Below, in pieces: positions 44,623-57,805 of a stretch of DNA of 64,000 nt. The stretch lies in assembly GCA_965113315.1 (NCBI GenBank), contig OZ220364.1; one strand, given 5' to 3'. The stretch's first letter is position 1, and every line of letters starts with the position of its first letter. The notes under the pieces were generated by a model. That model was not told where the DNA came from. It saw only the letters and a list, made by a program, of their open reading frames with translations, and did not search any database. The position numbers were made by a program, and so were the translations under genes. The DNA is from Podarcis vaucheri (taxonomy: Eukaryota).

Positions 44623-47254
44623 TATGCCTTTTTGCAAATAAGGGGGCATGACTATCCGTCGCTCAGTTTGGGGCAAGGTTAGGTGGCCTGCCGGCATAGA
44701 TCTGCCTGCAGACAGAAAGGTCTACACCCATATGACCGGGGTTTTTTTCACCGTCCAAACTGTATTGGAGGAATTTGCTTCAGGGCTGAATCACTGCTTT
44801 CTAGGTTCTCCCGAGCAACTGGACTATTTTCAGATTATGCTGCTCTTACTTCTCCCTCCGCACCCGTGCCTCCCTCCTGCAAGCAAAAAGTCACATTTTG
44901 TTGATATTTACGCCACACCCACGTTGCACAGCACTGCTTCCTCCAGAACATCTTGCATCTATTCGGGGCAAGCTGCTGCTCTCCAAATACTTGCTAACAC
45001 ATAACTATTGTGAGCTTGCCACACTCTCAGGTGCAGGCTGCTCTGCCACAGACAAATCTAGAGCCTGACTTAAGGTCGCCGGGTGGGTGTAAGGGAGGCC
45101 TTTCCAGCCAATAGCCAACTGCATTCCTGAACTACCTTGGCACAGAGAGATCTGAGGGGGCGTTGCTTCAGCTGCTCACCAACAGGCAACAATTTGCGGA
45201 GCATGGCTCTGCAGCATAGAAATGGTGCTTGAAATTTCTCCAAACTGGCTGGGTTTTGAGCCAGGAAGAACAAATTTCAGATCCTGCAGCCTTCCCTCTG
45301 AAGACGGCAGTTTTAAGACATAACATCCCATGTAAGACGTTGGCAGCACACAACATTTACACACAAAAACGATCAACTCCCTTTTATCGAAGTAACGCCT
45401 TTTTGCTCCAGAGTCCGTGCGGTGTCTTCTTGTCCCTCCCCATCCAGTGTGGTCTCAACATACAGGCAGGTGGAATACGCTTGAAAACGAGTGCTTATTT
45501 ACACTTGCCATTTCTGTGTCGCTGCTTGGGATTGAAGGGCTGTTTCTTGCAGTTTCAGGTGATGGAGCATTGTTGGAAATCACTCCCCAGACCTGAACGG
45601 GGAGCCATTAATACATAGCTTCCCACTTCCAAGAAAATCAATGGCACTGCCAAAGTGCCCTCGGGTGATTCCTCGTAGGGGAAGTAAATAAAATTAATCC
45701 ATGCTGCTACCACTGTTGCAAGGGTCTGAGAAACGAAGACGCTCATTTAGTCTTAACACTTACCATATAAATGGTACCATATAAATGGCCGAGAGCCGTT
45801 TGCCTGCTCTTGACCTATTTCCTTTGCCATAGAAATATGAAATACCATTTCTACACGGTTAAGGTTACAACTGCAGGGCAAAAAAGGCTGACTGAAAGCA
45901 ATTATTACTGAACAGATCAAGTTATGGCCACATGTTGAAAGGAAACAGGTGGCACAAAACTGGCCAGATGTTAAGACCACATTGCCTGCTGTCTCTAAAG
46001 GAGAAATAAAGCAAAATACAAACTGGTGCTCATTGTAATAGGCAGGCAATTTCTTCAAGGTGAGGGGGAACCATTTTTTTGCCTAGTTCTGTTGGTGAAT
46101 TTTGAATCGACAATGCCTGTATTTGTCTATTTTTTATCTCTCTCACACTCAGCCCTCTATTGTTGTTACAACTGTCCTAAAGAGGCAGCCCGTATTTTTG
46201 TGCCATGATTTCCCCACGGTATTACTGCACTATAAACATACAGGTAGATACAACGCCAACGTATATTATATTCCAGGTTCAGAATGCGTCAAGGCAAAGG
46301 GTAGAACATCTGGCCCTCCAGATGTTGTTAAACTACAACTCCCATCATGCCTGACTACTGGCCATGGTGGCTGGAGGCAACAGGAGTTCGGAGTCTAGCA
46401 ACATCTGGGTTAGCCACCCCTTCCCAATATATAGGTCTGCAGAATTCTCCTTCACAAGAACCTGTTGGGTTATGAACCATTTCTATCTTGAATGCGTTTA
46501 CATTCCTTTGAGCTTCATAATTTACAATTCTCAGTGACTGTCATGTCCACATTGCAGGCAAAAGTCAGAATGCTGCAACTTCTGCGAAGGCCACATTTGA
46601 AGGCTAGCACTGGGCCCTAGCTTGCCATCAGACTTAAAAACACACTGTTCCCTCTTCTTTCCAATGTCAAGAGTGCTCTGAGGGATATGTCATTGACACA
46701 ATGGTAGGGTGAACTCTCCCAAGGGTTTGGGGACACAGACATTTGGCAAGTATGAACACTCAAATTAGGGCACCCAAACCAGATCAGCTTTGAAGCACTT
46801 GTTAAATGAGATGCAAGATAGAATTCAGCTTTTTGCAAAGTCTCTCACAGTAGACAGAAAGTGTGTTGCATCAAAGGAGCAAGTGGGAGAAAGGGAAGCT
46901 TATGAAGAAAAAGAAGGCCTTACGCACCCATGTGTGATGCACAATTCCCACAAAAAAGAGCTGAGCATTCCCACAGCATGCACAAAACCAATATATAAAA
47001 CTTGAGATACCAGCATTGCAAGCTGGCTCATGTACAGCTGATTCAAGGAGTGCACTGAGAAAAGACAGGAACCCGTCCTATTTTATGGAGAACTAATTGC
47101 CCTGCGGTTTAAAATTTAAGGCATGCTTCAAAAACTAACAAGTATTTTGCTTTTTAAGAGAGAGGACTGGGCAATTGTTTCATAAAGGGGGAATTGGCAT
47201 GTATGGCAATGGCTTAAACTTATCTAGAATTACAAACTGGTAGCCAATATTGCA

Positions 47255-47599
47255 GGGGGCGCTGTGGTCTAAACCACTCAGCCTCTTGGGCTTGCCGATC
47301 AGAAGGTTGGCGGTTCGAATCCCCGCGACGGGGTGAGCTCCTGCTGCTCGGTCCCTGCTCCTGCCAACCTAGCAGTTCGAAAGCACATCAAAGTGCAAGT
47401 AGATAAATAGGTACCGCTCCGGCGGGAAGGTAAGCGGCGTTTCCGTGCGCTGCTCTGGTTTGCCAGAAGCGGCTTAGTCATGCTGGCCACATGACCTGGA
47501 AGCTGTACACCGGCTCCCTCGGCCAGTAAAGCGAGATGAGCACCGCAACCCCAGAGTCGGCCACGACTGGACCTAACGGTCAGGGGTCCCTTTACCTTT
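47255..47599 (+). mobile_element. Sauria SINE, slightly 5'-truncated, antisense in a BAIAP2 intron
   Basis: Same body and ACCTTT tail. 14-bp TSD TAGCCAATATTGCA at 47241-47254 and 47600-47613. Confidence 0.9.
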
Positions 47600-50030
47600 T
47601 AGCCAATATTGCACCAGGGGTTTAAACTCATGCTTGACCACCACTTCTTAGAAGGGCCTTGGACAGAGAAATGAGCTTTGTTTCCCAAAGAGATAATAAT
47701 AGTGACCTTTTTCAATGTTATTGTCCAAATGAATGAGGAGTGTAAAATAATGTCATCCACTCACAGTACCAGATTATTAATAAATAATAATGGTAACAGG
47801 TGGTCTTGCCCTAACAGAATATTCTCAAGAGTATATTCTGGAGATACCGTTAGCACAACATCAAGATTAGGTTTTGATGCTCATACAGCAAAACACCCGT
47901 TTAGGGCACTTGTGATTCTCAAAAAAAGGCAACTGCAGTTCCAAACAGGAATCTAATGGCTTCAGCGACTTCCACAAGTTTCTAGTGTATGGGAAGACCT
48001 AGAAACCAGAATCACTGTAGAGAGAAGGCATTTCTTAGGGAGGGCTGGATTAAGACCTTTAGAAGCTCTAAGAACTTAAAAGATTTTGGTGCCCCCACAT
48101 ATATCTAATTCAAAATATAAACAATAATAAAAACACAGTTTTATTATAATGGTTCCACAGGTATTTTGATAGAGCAAGACTTGTTCTCTATTGCTCCAGG
48201 GTATTGGGCTAAAATCTAATGGTTAGAAATTAGACGAAAAACAGATTTTGGCTAATCATTAGAAGAAACTTGCTAACAGCAGAAGCTGTTCAATAGAACA
48301 GATTGTATTTTTGAAGGTATTTAAACAGAGACGCTGTAACTGAACCCTGCATTGCAGATCTTGAACGCAGCAGAGTTTATACTGAACGACCTCATGGGTC
48401 CCTTCCAGTTCAATGATTTTGAATCCTGTCATCACACCGAAGTACAAAAATCTAAGGCAGCAGTCCCAAACCCCAGTCCGAAAAAGAGAGGGGGGGGAGA
48501 CTAGGCACCCTAATGCAGGTATGGATAGGAGTGCCACCCTTCTTCCAGAGCAAAGCACCTCTTTGCAGCCAGAGCTGTTTATTTAAAAAGGTCTGCTCAG
48601 TTCACAGCAGCAAAGATTAATTATCCTATTTTTAAAGCACAGGCAATTAATATTCCCAACTTAATTAATGCAGAGGCTAAGATCATTTTTCTCCCAGGGG
48701 ATGCTAAAATAGATTCTTGAAGCTGAAAGGAACTTAAAGTATTGAAGATTGTTCACACTGTGACTCATCAAAGAATAGTTAACTATTTTTGTAATGGCAA
48801 ACGAGAAAAGGAGGGGTAAGCTCCAAGAGCCTGATAGAAGCAGCAAAAAGGCTTCCTTGAATTTCTGAGGTTCGGTGCAGAGTTGGGGTGGCAGGGAGAG
48901 CAGAAACTAAATCTATTTTATCACCACCATACTTCTTCCCTGGCTCTGAGATTACTTCCTTTGTTCCACTCTGTTGGCTTGGCTAATGTAACCCGGATCA
49001 ACATGTTCAACAACACAGTTAGGACTTGAATTCTAGTGCGGAGTATAAACCCAAGTGTATATACATATATTGGTGTAGGAATCACAGGGCAAAAACAAGA
49101 GATCACTGAAAACATGAGCAGCTGTGCAGAAAACATTAATTCTTTGTCAGTATATCCTTACATGTATGGGGACCCTCTGTGCATACAGGATATACCAAAT
49201 GATTTCAAGTGTTGGGACAGCAACTCAATATTCATTTCCATACACACATTTCCCAGCATGCACATGGAGTTGCTGTAACCCATAAGTCAATGGAAAGACA
49301 TTGCTGGTGCAGGGCTCTTTTTGTTCATGACTGTCCATACCCTGCACTTTTGGACTGGATCTCCTGTGTTCCAGGAAAGAGCCCTGGCAGGAAGACAGGA
49401 AACCAAACAAGAGAGGGGGTCCATCACATTAAAGGGGTAAGAAAGCCAGTGGCCCCGAGGTCCAGTGAATTTAGCAGATTATCACTACGGCTGTGCAAAA
49501 AGCTTCCTAATAATAAGCTAGAAACCAGATAGAGACCCCAGAGCTGCCCAGATTTAGATGCACCCAATGAAAAATTCAACCCTAGGAGTGATGTAGCAGA
49601 AAAGAAAAGGGTGGGGAGGATTGAGCATGGAGGTTTGGGGTAGGCATTATGCTAGGAGTTGTGCGGATGTAGGAGTGGATTACAGAAAGGGAAGCACTGC
49701 TCCAAAGGTCAGAGGAGGAAAGGGAATCCAGCTTCCGTCAGCCAGAAAAAGGCAGAGAAACTTCAACCAGTGGACCGAGTGGCAAGCGAGTGAGTCAAGC
49801 TCTGAACTGACTGCTCATCGGTGGAGAACGGAATTCACCAATAGTGCTGTTTAGCAGCGGTAATTTTTTCCATCCCCCCATCCCCATATTCTGGTTCCAC
49901 CCTTCGCCAGCATTTTTAAAAAGTCTGTCCAGAGCGCTCTTAGGAATGAGGTGGGAGCAAAGGGAAAGGAGTTGGCATGTGGGGGGAAAAAACGATGAAC
50001 TTACAACTATACACAGTCAGGGGACACCTC

Positions 50031-50058
50031 TCAAAACCTGGCCACTTCAACATCTGAG
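50031..50058 (-). CDS. BAIAP2: BAIAP2 cassette exon, T isoform (whole exon 50005-50058)
   Basis: tttccattacag|C TCA GAT GTT GAA GTG GCC AGG TTT TGA = SSDVEVARF* (human SADVEVARF). Donor gtaagt follows 50005. Confidence 0.9.
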
Positions 50059-51371
50059 CTGTAATGGAAAAATGGAAAAATAGAGAGGCTGTTTGTACTT
50101 TGCACACATGCACACTCCATAAACAATTGGGGAGGAATCAGTTATTTAGAGCAGGAGCTGATGATGTCCCTTCGACACGCAACATTCGGGTGGGAGGGGT
50201 TTCCTCTGAGCAAGATGCATTTGTTACTGCACTATACAACTTATGACTAATGAATGGCAATTAAAAGGATTAACTGTAGGGAAGAGAAATTGAGGCCCTG
50301 GTCCTTTCTAGACTGGTCAGAGGCTAAAATGAAATGACAACTCCTTGGGATATAGGCTTAAACGTCATCCTCCAAAAACATCCCACACTCTATTTCCTCT
50401 TCTATAAAATTCACAGAACAGTCGCCCTTTACTTGGGTCTTCATAACTTTCAAGACTCGTGAAGCGTTTGGGAAAGGAGTGACAAATCACAACAAAGATC
50501 ACATGGTGATAATTGTACAGAGCCTCTTCGTGCTGAAACCTTCAGGCAGGCAAGCAACTGTGTGAGAATTTCGATCGTCACATGGATATAACATGGCCGT
50601 GGGAAGAAAAGCAACTGCTTGCTCCAGCTTTGTCTCATATAGTCACAGGGAGAGGCTGAGCTTACTGCACCCTCAAGTATCCTCACAATTCTGTATGGTA
50701 GTGACCAGCTGTTAGTGAATAGGCTACTTGCTCACTAGACTAAAGTAGTTGCTATGCAGTGATACGATAATAAGCTGCTGTGATGAAAGCAACCAACTGC
50801 AGGGACAAAAACTGGTTAAGCAAACACAAACCCTGACAATTCAGTTGAACAGGTTATTCCGTATGATGGTGGGCAAAACCCCTATTAGTCAGGGTTTAAG
50901 CTCTCCCATGATAAATCCCTGACAAATATCCCGTTTAATATTCTGCCAGCTGACCCGTGTGGTTTGTTGGAAAGAATTTTCTGCTGGATTTAGGAGATCA
51001 GCGTTAAAAGATCCGGTTCAGGGCAGATGCCCCACTTGTCCCTTTGAGCAAGTTGCTCTCTCGGCCTCAGCATTCCATCTGTAATACTGGAATGATTACG
51101 GTTTGATCCTTAGGACTGTTGAAAAGGTTACTGAGAAAACAGCTATTAAAAGCACTCAATGCGTTCAAGAGATCACAGTTGGAAGAGGATGAAGCAGGAA
51201 AGAGGACGAAAAGTTGGTGAAGGCAGGATGGGAGTTTTCAGCATCCTAGTAGAAAATACCTGCAACACTCACTGCTGACTGCAGGGCTTGTTCGTGACAA
51301 AGGCAATTTAAAAAAAAAACAAAAACCTGAAGAAAATCACCCAAGCCCAACTCGATGAAGGAAATCAAACT

Positions 51372-51377
51372 TTTATT
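51372..51377 (-). terminator. Poly(A) signal ending the ~1.8-kb 3'UTR of the BAIAP2 S isoform
   Basis: AATAAA on the minus strand at the end of an AU-rich UTR-like tract, followed by a GU/U-rich downstream element (about 51310-51350). Confidence 0.65.
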
Positions 51378-52715
51378 CAAACATCTCGGTACAGGGCACA
51401 TTTCTCTTCGACTATTTGTCATCATTATTATTATTTATTACTCTTTGCTTTTATTTATTTTTTTTAAAAAACAACACAGAACTTTCCCCCCATCACTTTT
51501 ACAATCCTTAACACAAGTTTTGTGTATTATTATTTTTTGCTTTGTTGTTTTCTACATCGATTCTTTTACTACAGAATACCCTGGATGTAAAAAGTCTTTT
51601 TGAGCAAAGTTATGACAACAATGGAAGGAGGTTCTTATTACATATGCCCCAAGTCTATTATATAAAACAAAACTTTTACTATGTGTGTAGAGATAGATCT
51701 TTTATATATATATACATATAGTCAAGATAATATTGCCAGCAGCCTCCAATACAGATAAAATAGTTTGCTCTGAGTTTCATTTTGTCTGTCTTATTTATTT
51801 ATTTATTTTTAATCACATTGGGGTCATAGGAATACAGCTTTGCACTGCAGACTTTGCAACAGGAACTGAAAGTGTTGAAAGTCTTTAACAGGGGGGCCAC
51901 GTTCACAGAGTTCAGTGATTGAAGAAGCAATACCAGTAGCCATTAACTCCAATCCTACCCGGTTTGCCTCTGAAGTTAATCAAGAATACACAAAGAAGAT
52001 TGACAGCGTTTTAGGAAATGAAGCAATTGAACTTTGCCTGAAATCACCAAAAGTTCAAAACCCCACCCCGCCCCCAAAACACACGTGGTTCTTTCCATCC
52101 AGCCCCCTCCCCTCTGCGCAAAAGGGGGATGTGGGGAGGACCACCCCTTCACTTTCATAAAGAAAAAGTCTTTGGACTGATTTGGAAAGCTGCATAATTG
52201 GACAAAATATTCCTCCCCCCCCCCGAAATCCCAACTTGGCTCCACTACCCCAGAGTGCTAACCATGAGGTAACAATACCTTCCTACAAAATATATATATA
52301 TATATTATATGTATATATAAAACAAACCCCTTTTAAAAAGGAATACTGGGTTGGTGCTCAGTTCAGTTGGTTGGATCAGGTTAACAGTCCAATCCTCACT
52401 GAGAAACCAGCCTCTGCTCCAGGCAGCCTCCCTATAAGTCTATCTGTGCACATTCCCCCTTTTTTGACAGAAAAAACTGGCATCATGGTAAAGTTCAAAG
52501 AAAGATATCTGAAATAACAGTACGTACACCATAGGCCATGCATATTTGTTCCTGGATATATCTTATCTATAACTATCCATCTAGATAGATAGCTAGATAT
52601 AGATATTTCTTTTTTTAATTTTTTTTTTTTTTGTAAGGAAAAAAATATCCATTGTATTTTGCTATTAATGTGCAGTTCACATTAAAGCCTTTGAAAAGGG
52701 GTTGTGGACTATCTT

Positions 52716-52740
52716 TATATATATATATATATATATATAT
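52716..52740 (+). repeat. (TA)n microsatellite in the BAIAP2 S 3'UTR
   Basis: Read directly from the sequence. Confidence 0.85.
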
Positions 52741-53133
52741 TTAAAAAACCATTTACAAAGTACAAAGAGAGAGAATGAGAAAGAGAGAGGTGCAGGATTT
52801 CCATCGAGTTAAATGTAAACTGCATTGAGGCGGCTGCTGCTGCGAAATCTAACAATTCCCGTTTTTATATTTTCTACTCGGAAGGGTGTTTTTGCTTTTG
52901 CAAGTGGCAGGGAGTGTGGAGAGGGTTGCAGCACCGTGGGTTCCTTAACGATCACAATAGAAATCCGGGGTGGGGAAGAAGAGCGACTTTTAAAAAGAAA
53001 AAGAAAAAGAGGGTGGTTGGGAGGAAATTGTGCAGAAGAAAAAGAAAAGAAAAAGAAAGAAAAGAAATAAAGAGAAGAGAAGCAGAAAACTCTTCCAAGC
53101 AGCAGCTGCCATTTCTAGTCAAGGTTCCTTCTC

Positions 53134-53164
53134 TCACACTGTTGATACCAAAGTGCCACTGCCG
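53134..53164 (-). CDS. BAIAP2: BAIAP2 alternative terminal exon, S isoform (class I PDZ ligand -STV)
   Basis: ttctattccacag|C GGC AGT GGC ACT TTG GTA TCA ACA GTG TGA = SGSGTLVSTV*. Confidence 0.93.
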
Positions 53165-53808
53165 CTGTGGAATAGAAAGAAAAAGGACAGGATACTGCCA
53201 AACCGCACTTGCACCACGAAAGGAAAAAGCATCCGATGGACAAGAACCAATGCAGCAACACATCTCGAGTGCCATGCAGTATCCCCTTTGGCCTAGAAGC
53301 TTGCGGGGGGCCAGGGGAAGAGACTACTAAAAGGCGAAAGATACTATTAGGCTGCCCCACTGCGCTTTTGAAGTTTGCTGCAGGCTCAACGGGCATCTCT
53401 ATACCCTGCTGCCTGCTGCCGTGTGCTTAACAACTAAAAAAAAAAAGGAGAATTTGAAAGCTTGCTCACTATTCTGCGACATTTTGATTGGACCTAATAA
53501 AAAGTATTGCTTTACCATGGGTTTTGAAGTCTCTGTTTCCTATAATAAATAGTTTTTTTGAAAGCTTTCTGCTATAAGTGAATTCTTTTTACATGCCTGA
53601 TATTTCACAGTCCAGAAATCTATTACCAGTGCTGTCCTGTCCCCCAATACCTTCGGTCCTCTCATGTACAATACTTGGCTGCTCCCTACCAACTAAGACT
53701 GAGAAAAACCACAGTTTAACTCTGGTTTGCAAGGAATGCTTGGAATTCATGAAGAGAGGGAAAAGCAGGGCAGGCAGCAATTGAGCTCACTGCTGCTTCA
53801 ACAAACCA

Positions 53809-54057
53809 TAGAAGAAGAAGAGTTTGGATTTGATATCCCGCCTTTCACTCCCCTTCAGGAGTCTCAAAGCGGCTAACAATCTCCTTTCCCTTCCTCCCCC
53901 ACAACAAACACTCTGTGAGGTGAGTGGGGCTGAGAGACCTCAAAGAAGTGTGACTGGCCCAAGGTCACCCAGCAGCTGCATGTGGAGGAGCGGAGACGCG
54001 AACCCGGTTACCCAGATTACGTGACTACCGCTCTTAACCACTACACCACACTGGCTC
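53809..54057 (-). mobile_element. MIR/CORE-derived squamate SINE (Squam3-like), near full length
   Basis: tRNA-like head GCCAGTGTGGTGTAGTGGTTAAGAGC, CORE-like GGGTGACCTTGGGCC...TCTCAGCCCCACTCACCTCACAGAG and a (TCT)n tail. Confidence 0.7.
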
Positions 54058-54340
54058 TAGTTGTCTAGATGGGAGACCACCTGGTATCCATGCACATGCT
54101 GGGTTCCAGGCAGAAGAAGGGATAAAATAAATGTAAATACATCAAAACCTAAACTCCTTGTATCCTGCACTTAAAGGCAGGTGGCTGTTAAGCCCTGGAA
54201 ATTGCCGTTTTCAGAGTGCGCCAAATGATTGTGCATGCTTGGGGAAGTGGTTGAATGCAATTCAGGGATACTGCTGTCTCCCTTCTGTGTGTGTGTGTTT
54301 TTATGTATCTACAATGGGTTCAAAAGTCCAAGCCTCTTAC

Positions 54341-54375
54341 CTGCTTGAGGGTCTTGCTCCATAGTCATCCAGTCC
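54341..54375 (-). CDS. BAIAP2: BAIAP2 last common exon (35 nt)
   Basis: ccacag|GGA CTG GAT GAC TAT GGA GCA AGA CCC TCA AGC AG|gtaag = GLDDYGARPSS. Confidence 0.93.
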
Positions 54376-57300
54376 CTGTGGATGAGAACAAAAAGAAAGC
54401 AAGGGTGTCAGTCAGCAGAAGAAACCACATTTGCCAAAATACAGCAATGGAAGAAAAATAAAAGCGACACTGACAATCAACCGTTTTCTGGCGCAGAGTC
54501 AAAGTGTTTGGGTCTCAGGAAGGATTTAGCTACCAAAGCCATGGAGTGAATGGTAAGGGGTTACGTCCCTTTCACCAGAATATGACTTTGGGTAGCAAAA
54601 GCTGTAGAAGGAGAAGGATAAAAACTGAGCTCTGACATTTCAGCTTTGACTTGGGACAGAAGAGGTCTCTAACTTTTAGTTGCAGTGCAGGCTGCTGCTG
54701 CTGCTGGGCTGTTGCAAAAACACCCTGTGGAAAAAGCAGGTTGGTGGCATTGCAATGTCTGGTGGAAGCAAGCACAGGACTCTGCATAGTCTCATCTCTT
54801 TTGAGGGTTCTCTTCAAAAGAAAATGCCAAAGCGATGGCTTCCAAACATCAGCGAGATGGATGAAACAGAAGCAGCAGCACACAGAGAAATGCAGGCTGC
54901 CTCTTTCATCCTCATGCTCCGATGGGTACATATAAAGAAAACGACGGACACTTATTTTTCCTGCTCGAATGGGTCCCAGGAGAAGTCAAATCACAAGCCT
55001 GGATGTGATGCACTTCAAAGTCCCATCAACATTTAAGGGGGAAATTGTGAGCTTGGGGAGCTCCAGCAGGCATGCGTGTGCCTTCCATTTTGAAGACACC
55101 CAGCCCTGCTCAAACCCTGCGAGCTATGCTTGCTGCAGCGAAGCCAAATGCAGCAAGCCAAGGAGGACTATGGATGTTCCCTGGAAAACTCCAGTCACTT
55201 CCTCCTTCTCCTTGCTTAAAAATACCACTTATTATTCTGGACAAAAATACCAAGGTTTCCCACCAGGCAGCAATTTTCAGCTGCTCAGGGCTGACGGTCT
55301 GTAGCATAAATGCTGGGGCAACACTCAATCAAGTTTAAACTCCATGCTTAGCTCTTAACCCAAGCCAAGTCTCACTAAGGGTCATTAGCCATAGAACCTT
55401 TTGGCAGTAATAACTAACAAACCTTCATCTATCTGCAATGGGGCTGGGATTGTGGGAAGGGAGGCTTCCAAGTCAAAGCCTCAGAACCACTCATTTAAGA
55501 AACCAAACTATTTTCCTGTTCCGGACAAATAACAAAACTACCATTATTTTTTAATTTAATCTTATCAGTTATGCTCAGTTAAAACTTGCAGTTTTGTCGG
55601 TTCCACTGCCCTAGCTTCTTCTGCAACCAAAATACTGCTGTTTTGTCTCAGCTAGAAATATCTTTAGACAGCAATAATCATCCCCGATTATCTGCCTTTG
55701 ATTTAATATTTGTATCCTGCTTTACTAACAACAAAGTTGAGCTCAAAGCAGCTCAGAACAACAGGACACCTTTTGCAAAATACTGGCTTCAGCAGCAACT
55801 GTTTTCCAACTAGTGAGCCTCCTTTTGCTTTCCAGTCACCTTGGTTGATTTTATCTGCATCCTTCCATCCATCTCCTTAACCTTTTTACTTAAAAACTAG
55901 TCTTATTTGGTTGAGTCGAGTCTGCCAGGCTCACTTGTGCCAGGGGGAACGGATGAAGTTGTTGGGACTCACATCAGCCCCAGTCCACATGGGCAAAGTT
56001 TGGCAATCAAGCTCCTTCTGAATGGCAACCGCTGTGGCTCAAGAGTCAAGAAGGCTAGACTCAACCAAGTCAATTGCTCAGCAAATCAATTGGAGGACAC
56101 CATGTTAGCTACCTGTTCTCTACAATTTGAAAACCTGAAAGGGGGGGGGGGGAATAAGCTTTGTTGACGGGTGAGAGCAACCCATTTCTAGCAGCAGACA
56201 CTCATAGAACGGCCACATGTTACCAGTTGGGTATTTGCGTTGCTGTTTTACTGCCACTCTTTGTGCCTCACCCATCGATAATTTCCCAATGGGTTCACTT
56301 ATTCTCCATAGTTTCTGTTTGTGCTTCTCCTTCTGATTCATTCCACTTCCCCCAAAATGCATTCTTTTGGAAGAATGCGGATGGGAAGGAGAGAGGGGGC
56401 AGGATTACCCAGGTTGGGTAAGCCACAAAGATGCAACAGGCAGAAAACAGGCCCCAGAAACCCCAATGGAAACATTGCGTTCTTGGGACTTACGGCTGTT
56501 GACCTAGGATAAGGCTGGTAGGAGGCAGGTAGCAGTTGGCAGAGGCCATTGGAATATTCATTAATTGCACAACCGTAGGGCATAACGTACTCCTACAAAT
56601 AATGAACATAAGCACCTGTTGGCAAGTTAAGCCTCACCTGCTCGTAAAAAGACCTAGGTTAGAAAACAGACACTTGGAGAATGTTCACTTCAGCAGTGCC
56701 TCAACCAGGACGCCTTTTAGCAAAACGACCTCCCATCCACCCAAGGCGCAGACGCAGCTCTGTGCTTTGGGCCCAGCTCTGCTGCTGCTGCTTGGCTACA
56801 GAAAACAAGGGCAACTTCATTTTCTGCAGGTGCGGCACATGCAAGAAACTAGAGTCTGCCATAAAGAGAGGCTAGGTTTAGCTGCTGCATCGAGAGAGAG
56901 TGGCTTGACTGCCTCCCAGCATTCTACTCTGGAGAAGTCTCCAAATCCTTTATAGGCAACAGGAAACGTGGGGGGGGGGGGTGGGGAGAAACCCAAGTGA
57001 ATATATCCCAAAAGGTTGGGGGAAGGGCTTGGATATCTTGTTGCATACAGCATACAGCCCAGTGAACATTCCACAAAATGCAAATAATTCACACCCCCAG
57101 TAAAATCCACCCACAATTACTCCTCTGTCCCCACAGGGAGGAATAAACCTCAACAGATATTGCTAGTGCTGCTCAGTTAAAACCAGCCTGGCATATAGCT
57201 GCTTTCAGCTTTATTGCCTAGGTGAGGCAGGTTAGTTCTCCCAACCACAAGCCCACACATCTTGCAGGTTCTCTCTCAGTTTTGGAACCCTCTCATGCAT

Positions 57301-57514
57301 GCTGGAACTTCTAGCCAGCCAGTGGAACAGGTGTGGGGAGCCTGTGGGCCCTCCAGATGTTGCTGGACTCCAGCTCCCAGCAGCCACAGCAGAGCCAGGA
57401 ACAATGGGAGTTGTAGTCCGCCAACATCTGCATTCCGGGTCTAGACAGAAGCTGCAAGCTCTTTGCTCAGAGCTGTGAAGTAGAAAAGGAACTTGTAACA
57501 CTCACAGCCCAATC

Positions 57515-57619
57515 TCAGTTAGGCCGTTCCCACCATCCATGACCATTGCTCCCTCTACCTAGGGATGATGGGAGTTGTAGTCCAAAAACAGTTGGAGACC
57601 CAAGTTTGGGGAAACCCTG
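57515..57619. mobile_element. Partial palindromic hAT MITE; further decayed copies near 9410-9540, 18920-19020, 19540-19690, 27720-27830, 41670-41790, 46290-46420 and 57330-57440
   Basis: GGGATGATGGGAGTTGTAGTCCAAAAACAGTTGGAGACCCAAGTTTGGGGAAACCCTG half-element. Boundaries approximate. Confidence 0.65.
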
Positions 57620-57805
57620 CTCTAGCTTTAACAATAAGCTTTCTTTGAAAAAAAAGAAAAGCAGCAGTTTGACACCAGGAAAATAAAATGCTGCTGCCAA
57701 AAGCAGAACTTTCATGCTCTGAAAATTCAAATTTGCTGCAGGCAGTTAAGGCAGGTTTCATCCACCAACAGACAGCGCCTCTCCCCTCCCAGTAAGGTTC
57801 CTCAC

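Noticed and set aside
46565-46591. Minus-strand AFAEVAAF* resembling the T-isoform tail
   Set aside because: No AG acceptor in phase. The true T exon (SDVEVARF*) is at 50005-50058.
50666-50690. Possible 25-nt minus-strand micro-exon (cag|AATTGTG...GGTGCA|gtaagc)
   Set aside because: Poor polypyrimidine tract and no recognisable peptide; too weak without transcript data.
57757-57779. REST/RE1-like TTCATCCACCAACAGACAGCGCC
   Set aside because: Left half-site and spacing deviate from consensus, and the core GG is missing.
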